A stretch of DNA of 64,000 bases, taken from the NCBI GenBank assembly GCA_963812015.1, contig CAWETI010000002.1, forward strand, positions 1,152,001 to 1,216,000, written 5' to 3'. The position numbers and the translations under genes were made by a program. The notes beneath the pieces are model-generated. The model worked only from the letters and a program-made list of their open reading frames with translations. It did not search any database and was not told the DNA's origin. Each line of letters starts with the position of its first letter. The stretch's first letter is position 1. Source of the DNA: an uncultured delta proteobacterium. Lineage in GTDB: Bacteria > Desulfobacterota > Desulfobaccia > Desulfobaccales > 0-14-0-80-60-11. Below, one piece after another: positions 8,270-17,466 of this stretch.

Positions 8270-10870
8270 ATGGGTCTGTTCGATTTTTTCCGCCGCAAAA
8301 AGAGAGCCAACGCTGCTGCTCCCAAGCTGAGAGAAATCTGGTGCGGGTTCCAGGAGGTCCTGAGTTGCAATAACGAGGTCTTGGGCCTCATGGGGAACCT
8401 GGAAGAGATGCTGTCGGGGCAAAAGGGCCTGGACCTCCCCTATCTCAGCTCCCGGATTTGGCTCCTGGACCAGCATTCCGCCTCTATGGTGGCGGCCTTG
8501 CAAAAGATTTCCGGTTACAAATACGCGGAGTTGGAGGCGGCCCGGGAGCGGATCAAAAAGGCCGTCTACCAGCGACTGGAAGAAGCCTCGCCTTTCCCCG
8601 CCAGTCCCCTCATGGTGCGACTGGAAGATGCAAGCCCTGACCTGCTGGCGGCCCTGGGAGGCAAGGCCGGCAATCTGGCCCGGGTTAAGAACCAGTTGGA
8701 CCTGCCGGTGCCTGACGGGGTGGTGGCCACCCTCTCGGCCTATAAGCTCTTCATCGAGCAGGAGGCGCCGGGACAAGGCGATACCCTCCTGGGCCGGATC
8801 AAGGCCAGATTGGCCGCCCTGGACCTGGCAGACGCAGCCGGGGTGGGGCAGATTTCCCGGGAGATCCAGGACCTGGTCCTGGCCCAACCAATTCCCCCGG
8901 AACTGGCCGGCGCCCTGGTGCAGGAAGCCCGGCGCCTGTCCCCGGAAGGGGGCCAGACGCTCACGGTGCGGAGCAGCGGGGGCCGGGAAGATATCGGCCC
9001 CTCTTTTGCCGGCCAGTATGATTCCTTCCTGGGGGTGGCGCCGGAGGAGGTTCCCGGGCGCTGGCGCCAGGTGGTGGCCAGCCAGTTCGGGGAGCGGGCC
9101 ATTATATACTTCAAACTCCAGGGGTTGCTGTTAGAAGAGGCGGCCATGGGGGTCCTGATTCAGCGCCTGGTGCCGGCCCGGAGCGCCGGGGTCATGTTTA
9201 CTTCGGACGCGGTGGGCCGGGACTCTGAACACCTCATGGTCAGCGCCACCAGGGGTCTGGCCACCGATTTGCTGGCCGGCAAGACGAGCGCCGATGAGTA
9301 CGTGATCGACAAGGCGACCGGCCGCCTGGTCCAGGCGCGGTATGGCCGCAGCCCCTACCTGGTTCAGGTCCGGGAGGGACGGCTGGAGCAGGCGCCGGTG
9401 GCGCCGGAACTGGTGGAGGCCCCGGTGCTGGAGGATGCCGACCTGGAACGGCTGGCCTCCTATGCCCGGCTTTTAGAAGCCCAGTGCGGCTGTCTCCATT
9501 GTGTGGAGTGGGTCAAGGATGACCAGGGCGAAATCTTTATCGTGCAGTCCCGCCGCCTGTTATCCGCTGATCTGGCGCCAAGCTGCCCCCCGGGGGTGGC
9601 GGAGGCCGCGGCCGGGGCGCAGGTGCTCCTGAGTGGCCAGGTGGGCTCGCCCGGCGTGGCCGCAGGACCGGTCTTTCTCCTGAGGCCCGGACGCAGCCTA
9701 GCTGAAGTGCCTCCCACGGCGGTATTGGTGGCTGCCCAGGCCACCCCGGATTTGGCGCCGGCATTACCCCGGGTGGCCGCCCTCCTTACCGAAGTGGGCT
9801 CAATTACGGGACACCTGGTCCTGGTGGCTCGGGAATATAACGTGCCGACCCTGGTGGACGTCGTCGGGGCCGCAGACTTGCCCGAGGCAGAGGTGGTGAC
9901 GGTGGACGCCTACCACGGCAAGGTATATAAAGGCCGGGTAGAGGACCTGCTGCGGGATCAGACTCCCCGTGGCCGACAGCCCCATGACTCACCCGTCCTG
10001 GCCAGGGTTCAGGCAGTGGCCGACCTGATCATGCCTTTAAATCTGGTGGACCGCCGCAGCCCCCAGTTTCGCCCGGAGAATTGCCGCACCTATAACGATA
10101 TTATCCGATTTGCCCACGAGAAGGCCATGCAGGTCATGTTCGGGCTCATGGACGACGTGGCCCAGGGCCGGGTGCCGGCCCTCAGACTCCTGAAACTCAA
10201 GACCTCCCTGCCACTCAACCTCCATTTGGTGGACCTGGGGGATGGCCTGGCCAGCCACGAAACCCCGGTACCCCCCGAAGATATCCTGTCCCGGCCCATG
10301 CGGGCCTTGTGGCAGGGTATCAGCTATCCCAACATCACCTGGGCCGGTCCGGTGCCGGTGAATGTGGGGGGCTTTTTGCACGTGCTGGGGCAGTCGGCCA
10401 TCCGGCCCCCGGAAAAGTTCTGGGACAAGACTTACGCCATCGTGGCGGCCAACTACGTCAATTACGCCTGTCGCCTGGGGTATCACTTTCAGAGCGTGGA
10501 TAGCTATATCGGGGACGTGCCCGCCAATAACTATATCAACTTCACCTTCAAGGGGGGGGCGGCGGACGATACCCGGCGCATCCGCCGCATCCGGCTCATC
10601 GCCACGGTGTTGGAGCGTTTGGGCTTTACCATGGAGATTTTCGGCGATGTGATCCGGGCCCGCTTCCGCCGACATCCGGCCCCGGAGATGGAGAACCGGC
10701 TGGATCTCGTGGGCCGCCTGATGGCTTACGTGCGACAGATGGATATGATCATGGAGGATGACAACATCAGTCAGGTCCTGGCGGAACGCTTCCTGGAGGG
10801 CCACTATGAACGGCCGGGGCAGGAGGACGAAACCGGGGAGGCCAGCAATCAGCCGGCGGGGTCACCTTAA
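8270..10870 (+). CDS. PEP-synthase/PPDK-like protein with intact ATP-grasp and phospho-His motifs
   Basis: GGKAGNL, VRSSGGRED, SFAGQYDSFL, VEW..VQSR, GSITGHLVLVAREYNVPT; C-terminal RLGYHF and FKGGAA..RR; alternative start at 8252. Confidence 0.88.
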   Translation: MGLFDFFRRKKRANAAAPKLREIWCGFQEVLSCNNEVLGLMGNLEEMLSGQKGLDLPYLSSRIWLLDQHSASMVAALQKISGYKYAELEAARERIKKAVYQRLEEASPFPASPLMVRLEDASPDLLAALGGKAGNLARVKNQLDLPVPDGVVATLSAYKLFIEQEAPGQGDTLLGRIKARLAALDLADAAGVGQISREIQDLVLAQPIPPELAGALVQEARRLSPEGGQTLTVRSSGGREDIGPSFAGQYDSFLGVAPEEVPGRWRQVVASQFGERAIIYFKLQGLLLEEAAMGVLIQRLVPARSAGVMFTSDAVGRDSEHLMVSATRGLATDLLAGKTSADEYVIDKATGRLVQARYGRSPYLVQVREGRLEQAPVAPELVEAPVLEDADLERLASYARLLEAQCGCLHCVEWVKDDQGEIFIVQSRRLLSADLAPSCPPGVAEAAAGAQVLLSGQVGSPGVAAGPVFLLRPGRSLAEVPPTAVLVAAQATPDLAPALPRVAALLTEVGSITGHLVLVAREYNVPTLVDVVGAADLPEAEVVTVDAYHGKVYKGRVEDLLRDQTPRGRQPHDSPVLARVQAVADLIMPLNLVDRRSPQFRPENCRTYNDIIRFAHEKAMQVMFGLMDDVAQGRVPALRLLKLKTSLPLNLHLVDLGDGLASHETPVPPEDILSRPMRALWQGISYPNITWAGPVPVNVGGFLHVLGQSAIRPPEKFWDKTYAIVAANYVNYACRLGYHFQSVDSYIGDVPANNYINFTFKGGAADDTRRIRRIRLIATVLERLGFTMEIFGDVIRARFRRHPAPEMENRLDLVGRLMAYVRQMDMIMEDDNISQVLAERFLEGHYERPGQEDETGEASNQPAGSP

Positions 10871-10891
10871 CCAACCCTGGTAATCCGAGGC

Positions 10892-11752
10892 GTGGAAAAA
10901 ATTATGGACATATACCCGGCGCTGGTTTGTCCCGCCAGATGGGACAAGTTGATGGTGTGCACCGATGCTTCCGGCGAGGGGCAAAACGCGGTGGCGGTTA
11001 CTCTAGAACTGGCCAAAGCCTGCGGCAGCCAGGTTTTCGCCGTGCAGGTGCTGGAAATCGTCCCGGAATTCCAGGCGGTCGCTCCGGATCTCAGGGCCAT
11101 CCTGGGAAAGGAAGTGGAGAAAAATATGGCGGCCATCGAGGCCGCGGCCACCAAACTGGGGGTGCGCCTCCAACCGCTGGTGCCGGAGGGCCAGTTGGCC
11201 CATGTCGCCATTCTGCAGGCCGCCGAGCAGGTGGGCCCCGACCTGATCATCCTGGGCCGGTGCGGAAAAACCGCCCTGGGCCGCATCTTGATGGGCAATG
11301 TCACCGCCCGGGTCATCGGCCACAGCCCGGTAAACGTCCTGGTGGTGCCCCGGGGGGCGGCGGTGGCTTTCCAACGGATTCTGGTCGCCTCGGATGGCTC
11401 CCCGTACAGCCGGGCGGCCTGGGAACTCGGCCTGTCCATGGCTAAACAGGCGAACAGCCAGTTGATCGGGGTGGCGGTGGCGGCGGAGGAAGGCGATATC
11501 ACTGAAACCAGGGCCATCATCGGCCAGATGCTCAGCGCCGCCGACGAGGCCGGGGTGCCCTTTAAAGGGGTTAATCCCCAGGGAGTCGCTCCCGATACCG
11601 GCATCGTCCAGCAGGCCATCAAAAATGAGGTGGACCTGATCATCATGGGCAGCTACGGCCGCACCGGTTTGAAGAAGCTCCTCATGGGGAGCGTTGCCGA
11701 ACGGGTTATCGGCGGCTCCCCCTGTCCCATCTTGGTGGTTAAGAAGGAGTAA
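10892..11752 (+). CDS. Tandem-domain universal stress protein
   Basis: Two USP domains (LMGNVTARVIGHSP; GSYGRTG..LMGSVAERV). Confidence 0.92.
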   Translation: MEKIMDIYPALVCPARWDKLMVCTDASGEGQNAVAVTLELAKACGSQVFAVQVLEIVPEFQAVAPDLRAILGKEVEKNMAAIEAAATKLGVRLQPLVPEGQLAHVAILQAAEQVGPDLIILGRCGKTALGRILMGNVTARVIGHSPVNVLVVPRGAAVAFQRILVASDGSPYSRAAWELGLSMAKQANSQLIGVAVAAEEGDITETRAIIGQMLSAADEAGVPFKGVNPQGVAPDTGIVQQAIKNEVDLIIMGSYGRTGLKKLLMGSVAERVIGGSPCPILVVKKE

Positions 11753-11899
11753 AGGGAGGGTCGATTCTGGTTGGGGGTTTTCCCAATCAGGGAAAGGCGC
11801 CGCCCCGGCAGGGCAGGATGTTTTCGGGTCAGGAGAGCGCTTGGCCGCCGAAAACCGAAAACGGTATTTTAACGGTTAATCACCATCTGGAGAAAAACT

Positions 11900-12766
11900 A
11901 TGTCTGCCACAAGCCCCGCACCCCATTTTCCTAAAGTCCTGGTGTGCACCGACGGGTCCCCCGACAGCGAGGGGGCCATCACCGCCGCCCTGCACCTGGC
12001 CCAAACTGCCGGAAGCACGGTCTTTCTCCTGGAGGTGCTCTACTACCTGGCGGGATATGAGCTGCAGTCGCCGGACACCCTGGCGCCGCCGCTGGTCAAT
12101 CTGGAGCTGATGGAGGCGCAGGAGGCGGCGGTCAAGGAGCGTTTGGCGGCCCGGCAAGCGGCGGCGGCCAAGCTGGGGGTCAGCCTGGAGGCTCGGATCC
12201 GCACCAGTGGCTCGGCCTATGAGGGCATTTTGGAAGAGGCCGGTGAGCTCCAGCCTGACCTGATCATCATGGGCCGCCACGGCTATTCCGGCCTGACCCG
12301 GCTGCTCATGGGGAGCGTCACCGCCCGGGTCATCGGCCACAGCCCCTGCCCCGTTCTGGTGGTGCCCCAGGGGGCCAGCTTAAATTTTCAGTGTCTCTTG
12401 ATCGCCAGCGATGAGTCGCCCTACAGCGAGGCCGCCTGGGCGGAAGCCCTGGCCCTGGCCAAGACCATGGGCAGCTCCTTGATCGGGGTGTCGGTGGCCG
12501 CGACTGACGGAGACATTCCGGCGGCCACCCAGGTGGTCCGGAGCCTGGAGATGGCGGCGGAAGCCCAGGGGATCGCCCTGGACACCATGATTCCCATGGG
12601 CCGGCCGGAAGAGGGCATTGTCAAGGCGGCGGAGTTCAAGCAGGCCAGCCTCATCATCGTCGGCAGCCACGGCCGCACCGGCCTGAAACGACTTCTTATG
12701 GGCTCCGTGGCGGAACGGGTCATCGGCCACGCCAAATGCCCGGTCCTGGTGGTGAAGAAGAAGTAG
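11900..12766 (+). CDS. Tandem-domain universal stress protein, paralog of the previous gene
   Basis: VLVCTDGS, GRHG..LMGSVTARV, GSHGRTG..LMGSVAERV. Confidence 0.92.
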   Translation: MSATSPAPHFPKVLVCTDGSPDSEGAITAALHLAQTAGSTVFLLEVLYYLAGYELQSPDTLAPPLVNLELMEAQEAAVKERLAARQAAAAKLGVSLEARIRTSGSAYEGILEEAGELQPDLIIMGRHGYSGLTRLLMGSVTARVIGHSPCPVLVVPQGASLNFQCLLIASDESPYSEAAWAEALALAKTMGSSLIGVSVAATDGDIPAATQVVRSLEMAAEAQGIALDTMIPMGRPEEGIVKAAEFKQASLIIVGSHGRTGLKRLLMGSVAERVIGHAKCPVLVVKKK

Positions 12767-13347
12767 CGGTCAGCGGTTAGTGGATGAGTTGGTTGTAAGT
12801 AGTGGGGTGCGCCATGCGCAGCCTATAAATACTATGATGAGAGAAATTTTTTAACAATATCCTTCAGATTGCCGATAATGCCAATGTAGCTACGCATCAC
12901 TTATGCCTTCCGCAGGCAGATTAGCTACCCAAAATTCACCTAAAAGTCAGCCACATCTTTCCTCGTCTATGAAGGGGAATGTGCTTGCCGCCTCGCTCTC
13001 AACTCTGGTTATGCATTGCCAGGGGGTGCTGGGCTGAATTCTAAGGATGGAACTCATTGATCTACCCGGTACCCTATGCTCCGGTATGCCTGAAATCTTG
13101 AGGGGAAAAAATTCTTAAAAAAATTTTGGCTAACCTGCCACCCGCTAGACAGGTTGGCTTCGAGAAAAGGGGCGTTTTAGAGGTTAAACTCGGGAGAAGG
13201 CCCCCCTCGTGCTAATTTGGGACGGACCCCCCCCAAGGCTGCCGCATAATCTGGGTTCAATTTAAGTCAATGCATCTAAAGGGGAGTAAATTAAGTAATA
13301 AATTATCAATTTCATCCTTTGATAGATAAGAGGTTAGCCATTACGGC

Positions 13348-15882
13348 ATGAAAATACTTATAGGATTAATAGAACACCTTGACGATATTGTTGCATGTGA
13401 GCCAGTGTCGCGTTATTTGAAGGCAAAATATGATAATGCAAATATTGCATGGGCAGTTTCAAAACCTTACGTAGAGCTCATAGATTCAAATCCAAATATA
13501 GATAAGACCATTATTATGGATTGCCTAACTGACTGGATAAAGCATATAAAACATTCAAAATATAATTATATTGTGGATTTACATGTAAATTATAGAATTT
13601 GCCAGCATTGTAATATTCCTTTATTCAAAACAACGGGAAATCCGTTTGTTAATGTATACGAATGGTTTGATTATGGATCTTTACTTGAAGCGTTCTCCGT
13701 TGGTGCTGGGCTTCCAAAATTATGCGAACAACCTATAGTATATATACAAAAAAGCCATGTCGAGGCGGTTAATAAGTTGGGAATCGATGGGGACTATGTA
13801 GTTATTCATCGGCAATCTAATGACATAAACAAGGAGTGGCCAAATACAAAATGGGACTATGTGATAAAAAAAATCATAGATGAATTTGATCTGACTGTGG
13901 TAGAGGTCGGGAGCAACTTAAAATATAAGTTAGGATTTACTGACAAGTCATATATTAACTTATCGAATAAAACGAGTATGTTAGAGTGCGCTGAGGTAAT
14001 TAGCCGAGCCCGCCTGTTCGTCGGAGTAGATAGTGGACCGGCTCATTTAGCTAACGCCGTAAATACCAAGGGAGTGATACTGCTTGGAACCCTTGGATAC
14101 TTCAAATCATATAATCCGTTCTGCGGTGGATATGGAGAAAAAGGGAAAAATGTAAATTTGGTAAGAAATCTTTCTGGTCCAGTACAAAATATTTCTAAAA
14201 AAGATGTAGTAAATGCGATAAGCGTTATATTATCAAATAATGATCACAATAAGTGTACTGTTTCGAATTATATTTTTGATGCGACACTACAAAATGGAAA
14301 AAATACTATAAATCCAGTAGAAACTAATAATGTTGTTCTTAGTCAATCGAATTCGGAAGATAACCCTAATTATCCAAGGGTATTGGCATTTTATTTGCCT
14401 CAATTTTATCCAATTCCTGAGAATGATGCGGCCTGGGGAAAAGGTTTTACCGAATGGACCAATGTAATGCGAGCAGCGCCATTATTTGCCGGTCATTATC
14501 AACCTCGCTTACCGGGAGAGCTTGGTTTCTACGATCTCCGTTTTCCTGAGGTTATCGAAAAGCAGGTTGCGTTGGCCATTGAGCATGGCATTTCGGGATT
14601 TTGTTTTTATTATTATTATTTCAATGGAAAGAGACTTTTATATAAGCCAATAGAAATTTTCATAAAAAATGGAATCAAATTTCCTTTTTGTTTTGTATGG
14701 GCAAATGAAAACTGGACAAAAAAATGGGATGGTGGCAACGAAGAGATAATTATAGCCCAAACGTATTCACGAGAAGATAACATAAAATTTATTCGCGGCC
14801 TACTTCCTATATTAAAAAATGACTCGTATATAAAAATTAACGGCAAACCACTACTGCTTGTTTACAAAACACACTTGATTCCTGATATAAGAAAAGCAGC
14901 GGAGCAATGGAGAACTGAAGTAAAACAGGCAGGATTAGAAGGGATTTACTTGGTGCATGTAGATGACTGGTTTGGATTTAAGAGTATACACCCTAGAGAT
15001 ATTGCATTTGACGCATCATATGAGATACCAAGTAACATCATTCCAGATTCTGTTAAGATCAACAGAAACTCGTTCGAATTTTATAATAAATATTATGGAA
15101 CCCTTGTAAATTATGAGAAATTTGCAAGATTTCATATGGATAGGCCCTTCCATAAATATAAAAAATATAAAACTGTAATGCTTCCTTGGGATAATACTGC
15201 CAGGTATGGAAATAAAGCAATAATTAATTTGGACTCATTTGGAGAATATTATAAAAAATGGCTTTTGCACGCCTACGTTGATACTTATAGAAGGTATCAA
15301 GGAGATGAAAGATTGATATTTATTCATTCATGGAATGAGTGGTGCGAAGGAACCTATTTAGAGCCGGATCAAAAGAATGGGAGAAAATATTTGGAGGTAA
15401 CAAAGGAAACCATAAATATAGCTAAACAGATCATAGCGATCGGTGCCAATAAAGAAATAAAAATAGACGGGGCACATGGTTTGTATGAATATATTAACCA
15501 AAAAGAAGAAAGTGTACATAGAGTGTGGAACATGATTATGCAACAGGAAAATAGGCATCAAAATTGGGAGACGCCCGTGCAACTACAGAAAGATGAAGTA
15601 ATAATGCCGAAGATGTACAAAAAAAAACTAAAAAATATTTTATTCTTAAAAGCCTTACGTGAAAACACAAAGATAAAAAAGTTGGTATTCGGCACTAGCT
15701 ATGGGTTCCCCCTGCGATGGTTGTGGGCTTTGTTAAGAATATCAAATACTAAATGGCGTATTTGGTCTGTGGAAAATCAAGTAACGGTTTTGCAGGATTG
15801 GCAATGTGAGTTAGGGTTTGTATTAAAGTCACAAATAAGCGCGTTTAATGAGCAAATAGAAAATCGACTGAAGATTTTATAA
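13348..15882 (+). CDS. GT9 (heptosyltransferase-like) + GH99-like/WbsX domain fusion protein
   Basis: GVDSGPAHLA (GT9); AFYLPQFYPIPENDAAWGKGFTEW, WANENWT, PWDNTAR, SWNEWCEG (GH99-like); AT-rich. Confidence 0.85.
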   Translation: MKILIGLIEHLDDIVACEPVSRYLKAKYDNANIAWAVSKPYVELIDSNPNIDKTIIMDCLTDWIKHIKHSKYNYIVDLHVNYRICQHCNIPLFKTTGNPFVNVYEWFDYGSLLEAFSVGAGLPKLCEQPIVYIQKSHVEAVNKLGIDGDYVVIHRQSNDINKEWPNTKWDYVIKKIIDEFDLTVVEVGSNLKYKLGFTDKSYINLSNKTSMLECAEVISRARLFVGVDSGPAHLANAVNTKGVILLGTLGYFKSYNPFCGGYGEKGKNVNLVRNLSGPVQNISKKDVVNAISVILSNNDHNKCTVSNYIFDATLQNGKNTINPVETNNVVLSQSNSEDNPNYPRVLAFYLPQFYPIPENDAAWGKGFTEWTNVMRAAPLFAGHYQPRLPGELGFYDLRFPEVIEKQVALAIEHGISGFCFYYYYFNGKRLLYKPIEIFIKNGIKFPFCFVWANENWTKKWDGGNEEIIIAQTYSREDNIKFIRGLLPILKNDSYIKINGKPLLLVYKTHLIPDIRKAAEQWRTEVKQAGLEGIYLVHVDDWFGFKSIHPRDIAFDASYEIPSNIIPDSVKINRNSFEFYNKYYGTLVNYEKFARFHMDRPFHKYKKYKTVMLPWDNTARYGNKAIINLDSFGEYYKKWLLHAYVDTYRRYQGDERLIFIHSWNEWCEGTYLEPDQKNGRKYLEVTKETINIAKQIIAIGANKEIKIDGAHGLYEYINQKEESVHRVWNMIMQQENRHQNWETPVQLQKDEVIMPKMYKKKLKNILFLKALRENTKIKKLVFGTSYGFPLRWLWALLRISNTKWRIWSVENQVTVLQDWQCELGFVLKSQISAFNEQIENRLKIL

Positions 15883-15999
15883 GATGGTTTTAAAGATTTA
15901 ACTGAGGTCAGATCGCAATCTCTTCCTTTTGCATGGGAAATACAGCCAGATCCCTTTCTTACTCGTGCTGAACAACGCATTGGTCGTGCCGTCGCTTCA

Positions 16000-16635
16000 T
16001 TGAATATTACTGAGAAAAATGGTTTGTTTTATTCTTACTATAGCGAAATATGTGGTGAGGATTACGAGGAGAAGCTACAAAAGCAATATGAAGCGTATTT
16101 GCCGTATCTTCCAACTGATTTGCCTTATTTATTTATCGATATAGGCTGTGGGGCCGGCGAATTTGTGGCCTTTCTTAATAAAAATGGTATTCGTGCAATG
16201 GGGGTGGATAGAGAAACAAGTGAAGTTAATCGTGCCCGTGCACGCGATATAGAGGTAATCCCATCGGATGGCCTATCTTTTTTAAAAAAATCGAATGAAC
16301 CGCTTGGGGGGGTTTCTCTTTTAGAGGTGATTGAGCATTTTCCGCAGAAAGATATATTTAATCTTATCCAGTTAGCTGCTAGCCGGTTGGTTTCTGGAGG
16401 GGTGATATTAATTGAGTCTCTTAATGCCCGTCATCCATATTTGTCTCATGGCTTTTATACTGATCCTACCCATATTCGTCCGGTAACTGATGAATATGTT
16501 GCTTTCTTGATGCAATGGGCCGGATTAGTTGATTTACACTTAGTGTTTACAGTTCCAGCTCCAGTGACTGATATAGCACCAAGCGATCTTTTAAGAAATT
16601 ATTGGTGTTATGCTATCATAGGTAGAAAACCATGA
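16000..16635 (+). CDS. Class I SAM-dependent methyltransferase, probably the C-terminal part of the upstream ORF
   Basis: DIGCGAGEF, VIEHF, FYTDPTH; in frame with 13348-15882, weak TTG start. Confidence 0.8.
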   Translation: MNITEKNGLFYSYYSEICGEDYEEKLQKQYEAYLPYLPTDLPYLFIDIGCGAGEFVAFLNKNGIRAMGVDRETSEVNRARARDIEVIPSDGLSFLKKSNEPLGGVSLLEVIEHFPQKDIFNLIQLAASRLVSGGVILIESLNARHPYLSHGFYTDPTHIRPVTDEYVAFLMQWAGLVDLHLVFTVPAPVTDIAPSDLLRNYWCYAIIGRKP

Positions 16636-16712
16636 GAAAACACTTCCTATGCCGATTTCTCTATAAATTGATTGAACATTGAAAGACTCAACCTTCTTGA
16701 AATCAAACAAAA

Positions 16713-17174
16713 TTAAATTTTTTTAGAGGGTTTGAAACTCTCACCGAAGGCCGCGGTAATTCCTTCCGGTAATTCCCGGGCCTTCCATTCCGGGCCGATG
16801 GCCACCAGGGTAGCGGTGCCTTCGGCCAGGAGTTCCCGGCCGGTCTCCGGGTAAAAATCGAAGCGGAACACGATGGCCTTCGCCCGCACCTCATGGACGC
16901 GGGTCTCGATCCGCAACAAATCCCCATAGATACTGGGACGCCGGAAGCGGCCCCAGGCCTCGACGATGGGCAGGCCGAACCCCTCCCGGACGTTCTTAAA
17001 AGTCGTTTCGGGCGGCAGGCCGCAGGCCCGCAAGAATTCTTCGATGGCCCGGTGGCAATAGCGGAAATAGCTGACGAAATAGACGATGCCGTAAGGGTCG
17101 GTGTCCCCGAAGCGCACCCTTACTTCGGTGTGATGGACGCGGAGTTCCAAAGGTGAGTTCTGCCGGAGGGTCAT
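16713..17174 (-). CDS. Acyl-CoA thioesterase (4HBT/YbgC-like hotdog fold)
   Basis: VRVRFGDTDPYGIVYFVSYFRY. Confidence 0.88.
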   Translation of the reverse strand: MTLRQNSPLELRVHHTEVRVRFGDTDPYGIVYFVSYFRYCHRAIEEFLRACGLPPETTFKNVREGFGLPIVEAWGRFRRPSIYGDLLRIETRVHEVRAKAIVFRFDFYPETGRELLAEGTATLVAIGPEWKARELPEGITAAFGESFKPSKKI

Positions 17175-17212
17175 AGCGGTTGCCTCTTTTTTAGCTGTCG
17201 TTACCTGTTTTT

Positions 17213-17246
17213 AAACCGAAAACCGAAAACAGGAAACTGAAAACCG
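17213..17246. repeat. Heptamer tandem repeat, about 5 copies of AAAACCG
   Basis: aaaccgaaaaccgaaaacaggaaactgaaaaccg; the same unit occurs at about 11849-11864. Confidence 0.7.
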
Positions 17247-17274
17247 CATGAGAGGATTATTTCACCTATTCCGG

Positions 17275-17303
17275 TTGACAGTCGGCGAAAAAGCACATAA
17301 CCT
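17275..17303 (+). promoter_or_regulatory. sigma70-type promoter with no downstream CDS
   Basis: TTGACA-17bp-TAACCT. Confidence 0.65.
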
Positions 17304-17309
17304 GCCCCA

Positions 17310-17441
17310 GTCCCTCACCATTGCCCCGGTCGGCACAGGGGAGCGGGAGAGAAGGCGTCAGGGCCGCCAGGTCCCCTATCCCACAACCTGGTCATTAAAG
17401 TGAACAAAAGGACCGGGGAAGCGGATTCCCCGGTCTTTTTT
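17310..17441 (+). ncRNA. Candidate small RNA of about 130 nt
   Basis: Promoter, 3-4 hairpins and a U-tailed terminator, oriented opposite to both neighbours. Confidence 0.5.
17406..17441 (+). terminator. Intrinsic terminator, possibly bidirectional
   Basis: GACCGGGGAA-GCGGA-TTCCCCGGTC-TTTTTT preceded by AAAAG. Confidence 0.85.
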
Positions 17442-17466
17442 CCCCTTCGGAGGTCTTGCCGTAAAT

